A DNA stretch of 11,116 nt from Azolla caroliniana (taxonomy: Eukaryota > Plantae > Polypodiophyta). Below the pieces are notes generated by a model. That model worked only from the letters and a program-made list of their open reading frames with translations. It was not told the DNA's origin and did no database searches. Positions 1-7,639 of the stretch are shown here, in pieces (the first letter of the stretch is position 1; each line of letters opens with the position of its first letter). The stretch is taken from NCBI GenBank assembly GCA_043228905.1, contig JBHGNT010001189.1:1-11116 (forward strand), given 5' to 3'. The position numbers and the translations under genes are program-made.

Positions 1-1
1 C

Positions 2-997
2 ATCTGGGTTGTGGTTGACAGACTAACTAAAATGGTCAGATTTATTGCTACTAAAACTATGGTAATAGCTCCTGAATTGGCTTACCGATTCATTGACGAG
101 TTATTTCGTTTTTATGGGTTATCGATGGATATCGTGAGTGATCAAGACCCAAAGTTTACTAGTGACTTTTGGACACAAGTCTTTAAGAAATTAGAAACAA
201 TGTTGAGCATGAGCTCCATGGATCATCCTCAATCCAATGGACAGACAGAACGAGTAAATCAAATTATTGAGGACATGCTTCGAGAATACGTTAGTGCAAA
301 ACCAACTAAATGGGAACGTTATCTCCCAATTTTGGAGTTTTCTTATAACAACTCCAAGCATAGGTCGACGGGATATAGTCCTTTTATGTTGATGTATGGT
401 TTTAAGCCATGAGCCCCCCCGATTGATATTAATATACATCATGATGAGTTGCGAAGTACGCAAAACTTTCTTCGGTATATGCAAGATATGTTGCATATTG
501 CACGAGATAATATAAAAACAGCTCAAGATAGAGCGCGTTTTTATGCCGATCATCATAGGCAACCTCGTGTATTCAACCCTGGATAGAAGGTATTTTTACG
601 TGTACCTCACAATTCTAAGACATTGTCTAAGAGTAAGTGCGCTAAGTTAGCCCCACAGTTTTGTGAACCTTTTATGGTCCTCAAACACATTGGGTCATCA
701 GCCTATCGTCTCGCTCTTCCCGATGGTGTTGGAATTCATCCAGTCTTTCATGTGAGTTATCTAAAAGAACTTCTAGGTTCTGGCGACAATACAATTACAA
801 CTGAAACTCTGGTTACTTCTGAAGAATTATCTTTTGAACCACATGTACCAAAAAGAATTCTCGATGTTAAAACAAAAAAATTACGTACTAAAGAAATCCG
901 AGAATTTAAAATCAAATGGATGGATAAATCAATAAAAGATGCCACATGGGAACGCGAAAATACTCTCAGAACTAACTTCCCTAACTTTATTGTAGTA
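2..997 (+). pseudogene. pol: Gypsy integrase (rve core, GPY/F, chromodomain), disrupted
   Basis: One frame reads IWVVVDRLTK...IVSDQDPKFTS...HPQSNGQTERVNQ (D,D,E core). Stops occur at 410-412 (TGA) and 584-586 (TAG). It then continues KLAPQFCEPF, IHPVFHVSYLK and the chromodomain HVPKRILDVKTKKLRTKEIREFKIKW...DATWERENTLRTNFPNF (~842-988). ORF-track 11..412 and 623..1045 are pieces of this frame. Confidence 0.92.
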
Positions 998-1403
998 TGT
1001 TACGGGCATGACCATATAATATCCCGTGGTGAGAATTTACCGTAGTATTCTATACACGTGGATAAGTGTGAGGGTTAAACGAGAGTGAAAAGAAGGGGAG
1101 GATTACTTTTAATCCTCGGGATTGAGACAACCCATTAGGCCAAGTGTGAACTTGCCTGGGGGCCTTGGGTATCGCTATAAATAAGAGGCCTAACTACCCT
1201 CATTTCATCATCTGGTTGACTACGTCGAGACTCTGTCTTGTGGTGGGTCAACTCTTGTAGCGAGTGCTCCAGCACCAGGTACGACTCGACGCCACGACGG
1301 TGGTATGGGACGCCGATCGAGGGTGGATCAGGTGGATCGGCACCCTTCTTTCTCTCTCTCCTGTCTATCTAGATCTATATTCTATCCTTATCTAATGCTT
1401 ACA
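998..1403 (+). repeat. Probable 3' LTR of element A (~406 bp; start could be 991, end could be 1411)
   Basis: Starts TGTTAC (998) or TGTAGT (991) and ends CTTACA (1403). Contains TATAAATA at 1176 and a pyrimidine-rich 3' part. It is non-coding and lies between two unrelated pol fragments. The partner LTR is not in the window, so boundaries are inferred. Confidence 0.7.
1176..1183 (+). promoter_or_regulatory. TATA box of LTR A
   Basis: CTATAAATAAG in mid-LTR, the usual position and consensus for plant LTR promoters. Confidence 0.6.
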
Positions 1404-4400
1404 TTAGTACATGTCTCTAATAGTAAACATCTAGACGACGGACTCTATCACATCCCATGCACACCCACAGCCATCACATTAGAAGCACACTATACATCAA
1501 CAAATGAACAATCTACTTTAACGAATGTGTGGCACCATCGACTCACACACACTCGTCTACAAGCCATAAAAATTATGAAATTTCATAATATGGCATTAGG
1601 CCTTCCAAAAGCCCACCTCACAAACTTGAAAATTTGTGAAGGGTGCATTCTTGGAAAAATGCCCCAACATCCTTTTCCAAGCCAACAAACCACAAGTAGT
1701 CAACCCCTACAACTTGTCCACAATGATCTCTACGGCCCTTTTCCTACAAAATCAATTCGTGGATTAGTATACTTCATAAGCTTTATCGACGACTATAGTA
1801 AATTCACCATTATTACTTTCTTAAAAACAAAAAATCAAGCTCTATCTGCATTCAAAAATTACCTTCACCTCGCTGAAAATCTAACTAACCACAAACTAGA
1901 ATACCACTCAAAGGAATTCATAAATTTCTGCAAATCACAAGGAATCCACCATCGAAGGTCTGTTCCACACACACCTCAACAAAATGGCACTGTAGAAAGA
2001 AAAAAATAGAAGCTTGTTAAATGCTGCAAAACTAGATTCGAAATTTTGGGAAGAAGCTATTGCGACAACTTGCTATATCCAAAATCGAATCTACCATCAC
2101 TCCCTAGGCTTCCTCACTCCATTCGAACTTTGGTATGGATATAAACCACACCTCCAAAATCTTAAAATATTCGGGTGTCCTGCATTTGCTCACATACCAG
2201 ACACCAAAAGAAAGAAACTTGACACAAAAGCCAAGAAAGCAATCTTCATCGGCTATGGCGATGCCCACAGTTATAAAGCCTATCGCTTATATAATCCTGA
2301 CACAAACACATTCTTTTTCAGTAGAAGCGTCCTATTTGATGAAGATAACATTCTTCAAAAACATAAGAGTCCCGACAATTCCTTAACAAACATAGAAGTA
2401 GACAAACACCATCAAGGTAATATCACTTCCTGGCCACTACAACTTGACGAACACTCTCTACATGATCCACACGACGGCTCCTCCAAAATAGCCGCTACAC
2501 CATCCTAAGTTTCCCTCTGCCTGACATCACCCTCACACTATCACTCTTCTGACGATGAATATGACTCCACATATTTGGACACCCAAATAAACTCATCACA
2601 CGATGCATAGCCTTCCCCCTTGTGTGAAGACAACAACCCTATGTACAAATATCATAAACTTACCTTGGCAAAGCGACCTGTCCGCAACGCTCCATTACAA
2701 CGGGCCGAGCAAGATGACCATATTCAACTAACTCAATCTTTTGCTCGCTCGCTCCATCCCCGCCCATTGTCGCCCTTGCATGTCACCAATCAAGGTTCGT
2801 CCTCTACTACCTACAGAACCATGTCTTCTGATGAGGATGGAAAAGACAATCACAACCTCATGCGACCAACACAAACAGACCATCGCGACTGTCCTGAACT
2901 GTCCATTGCTGACTTACACAACTGACAACCGAAGACCATGTCACCTAGCCCTCATCCTTAACTCAGTTCCCATAACAGAACTGACCACTCAAACATTGGG
3001 CATCCATATGTTTTGTCACACCCAAAGACTTTGAACAATTTCAACTCTCCAAACAGCCCACAAACTAAACACATGCTCATCTCTAACATCGACACTACAC
3101 CTCCTAGACGCCTTAGAAAACTATCGGGCATCTACCAAGAATTAGACAAACTAGAGTTTCAGTTTAGCGATCTTGACACGGGGCATACATCCAACCTCGA
3201 CGTAGACAGTCCACATATCAATTTCGAAGAACCTACCAACGTCGAAGAAGCACTTCAAAGCCAAAATGCAGATCATTGGATAAACGCAATGAAAGATGAA
3301 ATGCATTCCCTCACCAAAAATAAAACATGGGAGTTAGTGGAAAAACCCACCGATCGTAAGATCATCACTTGCAAGTGGGTACTCCAAATAAAGTATGACC
3401 CCCAAGGACAACCTATTCATTTCAAAGCAAGACTAGTTGCTCGAGGTTTCACACAAGTACCCGGAATAGACTTCATAGATACTTTTAGTCCCACACTACG
3501 AATAACATCCTTTCAACTACTTATGGCCATCGTTGCGGCTCAAAAGCTTGAGCTTCATCACTTGGACGTTCAAACCGCGTTTCTACATGGTGACCTCGAA
3601 GAAGAAGTCTATATGGCGCAACCCCCCTATTTTCAAAATACACAATTTCCCACACACGTCTGCAAACTTTGGAAGTCCATCCAAGGCCTACGACAATCAC
3701 CTCGAGCCTGGTACTATCGTCTCCACACTTTCTTAATAAAATGTGGCTATAGTAGACTTAAAAGTGAACCTAACATCTATCTTAGAAAATCGGCATCCAA
3801 CTTCATCATATTAGGAGTATATGTGGATGATTTTCCCTTATTATCAAATTCTCTATCTTATTTAAGATTTTGTAAACAAGAGTTGAAATCAGTTTTTCCT
3901 GTCACCGATCTTGGACCCATGACCTATTTTCTAGGAATAGAAGTAAAAAGAAATACAAATCTAGGACAAATATCACTCTCACAATCTCGATACATTGATA
4001 ATATTGTAAAACGTTTTAACATGGAACATTGCAAACCCATATCTACCCCACTTCCTACCACACTTAAGTTGTCCATTGAAGATAGCCCAAAATCACTCAT
4101 AGAAGAAACTGAAATGGAAAACATTCCCTATAGACAAGTAATAGGCTCCATACAATATCTAGTTAGTAACACGAGACCATATTTATGCTTTAGTACAGGA
4201 TTACTATCACGCTTTATGACGAACCCTGGCCCCAAACATTGGCAAGCAGTTAAGAGAATTCTTTGATATCTTAAACATACTAAACACTTGTGTCTTACTT
4301 TTCAATCCATGCATTCAGAGTTGATCCAACCAAAATATTGTGGATGGGCAAACCCCTCAAATACTCTTCATGGATGGACTGACGCCGACTGGGGAGGAGA

Positions 4401-4863
4401 TGTGGATGACCGAAAATCCACAAGTGGCTACGTCTACACCTTTGCCTGAGGAGCGATTGCGTGGAGATCGAAAAAACAAGCTACGGTTTCACTCTCTTCC
4501 ATAGAAGCGGAATATGTTGTTGCTACCCTAGTTGCAAAAGAAGGAATTTGGCTAAAAGCCATATTAGAAGAAATAAATTTTGCTAAAGAAGAACCAATAG
4601 AAATCTACTATGACAATCAGTCATGCTTAAAGTTGGCAAGCAACCCAAGAATTAGCGACAACATACGTCACATATCTGTCAAGCACCACTTCTTAAGAGA
4701 CATGATTGAAGAAAAGAAGATCAACATAAAGTTTATGCCATCAACTTTGATGTGGGCAGATTCCTTAACAAAGCCAGTAGCAAGTCATAAACATCTACAA
4801 TGTTGCAAAAACATCGGACTACTCAATCATACAAAAACCAAAGATAAAAGCTTAGAATTTTGA
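1404..4863 (+). pseudogene. pol: Copia pol: GAG-pre-integrase/HHCC, integrase, long linker, RT (RVT_2), RNase H; disrupted
   Basis: Motifs: GLY...WHHRLTH...CEGC; LVHNDLYGP; FIDDYS; PHTPQQNGTVER; KLDTKAKKAIFIGY; FKARLVARGFTQ; LDVQTAFLHG; YVDD at 3820-3831; GWTDADWGGD...KSTSGY; EAEY; DNQS; ADSLTK. Lesions: +1 frameshift in the A7 run at 2000-2006, stops in the linker, TGA at 4264 and 4447. Natural stop at 4861-4863. Confidence 0.93.
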
Positions 4864-4874
4864 TTATTTTCCTT

Positions 4875-4883
4875 AGGGAGGAG
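4875..4883 (+). other. Polypurine tract of element B
   Basis: AGGGAGGAG lies immediately before the TG of the LTR, 11 nt after the pol stop. Confidence 0.8.
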
Positions 4884-5091
4884 TGTTCAAAAATATAAGG
4901 AAAAGAATAAAATTGTAAAATAATTAAAATAAACAGTTATGACTCTTGATAAGAAGAGTCACATGTATCCTATATGAAAACATCACACACTTCTCTCTAA
5001 TTGAGGAGAGAAGAGAAACAGGAAATCTAAAAATCAGAATTCATCCTTCTTTCTTTCTCTTTTTCCCTGTCTCTATTTCTCTAGAAGAACA
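4884..5091 (+). repeat. 3' LTR of element B (208 bp)
   Basis: Begins right after the PPT with TGTTC and ends GAACA (perfect 5-bp terminal inverted repeat). TATA-like TATATGAAAA at 4971 and a CT-rich 3' part. Confidence 0.78.
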
Positions 5092-5147
5092 ACTCAATAA
5101 GGAAGTTGTTGTACCCTTGTCTCTATCGACTAGGACAACACAATATT

Positions 5148-5164
5148 TGGCACACCTGGTTAGA
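5148..5164 (+). other. Primer-binding site of element C, tRNA-Arg-like (degenerate)
   Basis: TGGCACACCTGGTTAGA lies a few nt after a CA end. It resembles the complement of the plant tRNA-Arg(UCU) 3' end (TGGCACACCCGGTGGGA, recalled from memory; 14/17 match). Confidence 0.6.
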
Positions 5165-5251
5165 TCTGTAAGAGACAAAAGGACAAATGGAGAATGGTTG
5201 TCGTATGATCAATAGAGCAAAGATCAATCAGTAAAAAATCATCGACCACAC

Positions 5252-6997
5252 ATGAGATCTAACACCCGACGTGTGCATCAAAACAACTTAATTAATTCAG
5301 ACATTTTCAACCGGTCTCGGCAGGAGGCTGAGGAGGAATTGGATGCCATTCCGGATTTGTAGACGACGACTAACAGTAGCTCGGACGAAGAGTCATCCGA
5401 CTTGCACCTACGACCAATCGATTTCATAGAAGATTTAGGCGATACAATGGTGTACCCTTATTCCAAGTACAATGATGAAGCAGACGCAGAGGCACATGTG
5501 TGTTCCTTTTTTGACAACATGGCAGGATAACCATGTCTTTTATAGGTTATCATCGGCTGATGCGGATGCATTAAAGATAGCCGAGTTCAGATTGTCGTTG
5601 GAGAGACTATCTATGAATTGGTTCTCCCAACATAAACAAGGAGAATTTGAATCATTTCAACAATTTCATGAAACGTTTGTTCACCTCTTTCATCCTCAGG
5701 TCACACAACGGGAACTTATTAGCCAATTCTATGTGAGCCGGTTCCCCAATTCATGATTAGATTTCATAATCTTAGGAGGCAGCTTGCATGTGCACCTCAT
5801 GAAGAGGAGTCAAAAGAAACCTTTCTGACGGACCTTAGGGAGCCACTCCATACGACTCTGACTGTACAACTCCGTACCTCTCAAAGAAGTAATCGACAAG
5901 GCACTTGTGATGGATAAAGCATAGACTAAAAACACAATATTCATGGCTTCATTGCACAAGTCATTGCCAACTCATGAAGAATTACAGTTTTGTAGGCCAT
6001 TCAATGTATGACTTGTCTCAATCTAGGCCATTCTACAATCGAGTGCACACTAAGAACACATTGCCCAATTTGTCACTCAAAAGCTCACACTACTGATTAG
6101 TGTGAGTACAATCTACTCAACAAGTTGATGGCTACAATTCGGCAGATAGCCACAAGAGGAACAAAGACGGGGGGATGATAGAACCCCTCAGTCAAATCGA
6201 TTTAGGGAGATCGATAGAACTAGATAAGACGACTGTTACCGATCTAAGCAAGATAGACAACACCAAGGTAATTATCGACGTGATGATTATCACAATGATT
6301 ATTGAAGAATGGCGCACCAAGATAATTACAAGAGAGATCGTTATGACCGTGACTATTCACCGCGTTACGATCGGCATTATCAAAGACATTACGAAAAAGG
6401 TCATCCCAATCAACGACATTACTATGACAACAGCCGACCAATTAATCATCGGTCGAATAATCAAGAAAAGGGGGACGAGCACAGATGTCCTAAACATAGT
6501 CGACAATTTCAACATAATAATCACCATAGGGATGAATCAGAGCGACAGGATTTTCGATTGCCCCAACCGCAAATAGAGAAGGGTGAGTCAAGTGGGTCAT
6601 CTAAACCTATCTGTTACATTTGTCAAGAGGACGGCCATTATGCGAATCCATGCCCAACAAAGGGTAAGGGCAAAGCTCCAACTGTGAATATGGTTACAGT
6701 AGAAGTGCAATAAGTTACTCCCAAGAGCAAGGCAAAACAATTAGAATGGGACACTCAAGAAGCAATTCGGAAAGCCACCAAGGAATGGGTCGAGACAACT
6801 AACAAAAGAATAGAATGCTTTAGGATTATAGTGAAATGGTCGATGAAGAAATCACTGCATAAATGAAGCACAAAGTAACAAACTTGACACCAGAGAATGA
6901 TCCCACATGGCAAGTGCTTGCAAATTGTCTAATCACTTTACCATTGGTTGGGTTACTAAAATTAGTACCCAGATTTACACAAACAATCACAACAATA
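5252..6997 (+). pseudogene. gag: Gypsy gag with three CCHC zinc knuckles, multiple stops and frameshifts, truncated by element D
   Basis: YPYSKYNDEADAEAHV / FLTTWQ...KIAEFRLSLERLSMNWF...FESFQQFHETFVHLF is capsid-like. Knuckles at 6005-6046, 6062-6103 and 6612-6653. Downstream are VNMVTVEVQ*VTPKSK and ITLPLVGLLKLVPRF, a segment that typically precedes the gypsy protease. The start codon is uncertain. Confidence 0.8.
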
Positions 6998-7215
6998 TGT
7001 TGGGATTACGGTCCCTTCGGATGGGATAGTCGGATGTCGGACTGAATGCCAACAAGCCCGGTTTCAGTTTCGGAACCAGATGATGAAGACCCCGGCTTCG
7101 GAGCCGGATGACGAATGTACCCGGAGAGAGATCCGGATGCAGGGACATATCCGTGAATACGTTTTGCTAAGGGCCCCTGAGGCTATAGCTGTAAATAGCC
7201 CCAAAGTCATATATG

Positions 7216-7223
7216 TATAAATA
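7216..7223 (+). promoter_or_regulatory. TATA box of LTR D
   Basis: TATAAATA about one third of the way into the LTR. Confidence 0.7.
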
Positions 7224-7304
7224 TGACTTAGGGCAAACAGTTTTACTGTTGTTGATCATTTTTTCTGTTTTTCCACTCAAGAGGAGTGAAGAGTGAGCAG
7301 CCGT

Positions 7305-7320
7305 GAGAGAGAGAGAGAGA
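7305..7320 (+). repeat. (GA)8 microsatellite in LTR D
   Basis: GAGAGAGAGAGAGAGA read directly, within a purine-rich stretch. Confidence 0.95.
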
Positions 7321-7612
7321 TAGAGCGTGGGAGAGGAAGAGGACGACGCCTCTATGTATTTCCGCCGCCTGTGGCGAGGAGAGCGAGCTCAAGGTCGTCG
7401 CCTTGCAGCTCGCCATTGTATACTTCTCTTTGTATAGTGTTGGTTTGGAGTCTTGTACTCCTGTGGTTTTTTCCCGTATAGGGTTTTCCACGTTAATCCC
7501 TGTGCATTCGTGTGTTTCTCTCTGTGGTTCCTATTTTCTGCTGCATTGATTCACGCTTACTCGGTTGTGGCCGAGTGGTGAAGGTGAATCGAAGCGTCGA
7601 TTCCTAACAAAC

Positions 7613-7624
7613 TGGTATCAGAGC
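7613..7624 (+). other. Primer-binding site of element D (tRNA-iMet)
   Basis: TGGTATCAGAGC, the canonical plant iMet PBS. Confidence 0.96.
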
Positions 7625-7639
7625 GGGTTGCTGCAGAAA

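Larger units (their letters stand above)
1..1403 (+). mobile_element. Element A: 3' part of a decayed Ty3/gypsy chromovirus LTR retrotransposon (5' part lies outside the window)
   Basis: Gypsy-type integrase core, GPY/F-like motif and C-terminal chromodomain, followed directly by an LTR-like TG...CA segment with a TATA box. Copia coding sequence resumes abruptly after it. Confidence 0.88.
1404..5091 (+). mobile_element. Element B: decayed Ty1/copia LTR retrotransposon (3' portion; 5' part displaced by A)
   Basis: Copia domain order integrase-RT-RNase H, then a PPT and a TGTTC...GAACA LTR. Confidence 0.93.
5092..6997 (+). mobile_element. Element C: decayed non-chromovirus (Athila/Tat-like) Ty3/gypsy; last ~50 bp of 5' LTR, PBS, gag and pre-protease region
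   Basis: ...GGACAACA(CA) LTR-like end at 5140-5142, then a TGG-initiated PBS, a Retrotrans_gag-like domain and CCHC knuckles. Lineage is inferred from the PBS type and gag only; no pol is in the window. Confidence 0.75.
6998..7609 (+). repeat. 5' LTR of element D (612 bp)
   Basis: TGTTGGGAT...TTCCTAACA form imperfect terminal inverted repeats, and the end is 3 nt before the PBS. There is an abrupt composition change at 6998 and an internal TATA box. Predicted TSD is CAATA (6993-6997). Confidence 0.9.

Noticed and set aside
1081-1102. Purine tract GAGAGTGAAAAGAAGGGGAGGA as the PPT of element A
   Set aside because: Not followed by a TG LTR start (next bases TTACTTT), so it is more likely internal U3 sequence. 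Not fully excluded.
1305-1403. N-terminus of the 234-aa ORF (MGRRSR...)
   Set aside because: Chance read-in from LTR A into the copia B frame across the insertion junction; no evidence of a real fusion gene.
993-1409. TAGTA at 993-997 and 1405-1409 as the TSD of a solo LTR
   Set aside because: The right copy is offset by one base from the CA end, and the two flanks belong to different elements (gypsy vs copia), so they cannot be one split target.
4339-4398. Clustered GW/WG dipeptides (CGWA, HGWT, DWGG) as an Argonaute hook
   Set aside because: Two of the three are part of the conserved RNase H start (GxxDADW). Too few remain to support the idea.
6175-6576. Ile/Thr-rich 133-aa ORF suggesting a membrane or env-like protein
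   Set aside because: Off-frame translation of the R/D/Y-rich Gag segment (GAT/TAT/CGA codons shift to Ile/Thr/Met). It is also in the wrong position for env.
7243-7491. Short ORFs on both strands within LTR D
   Set aside because: Products of GA/CT low-complexity LTR sequence with no coding signature.
7565-7639. N-terminal extension of the 757-aa ORF
   Set aside because: Starts at a TTG inside the LTR and crosses the PBS. ATG 7640 is the plausible gag start.
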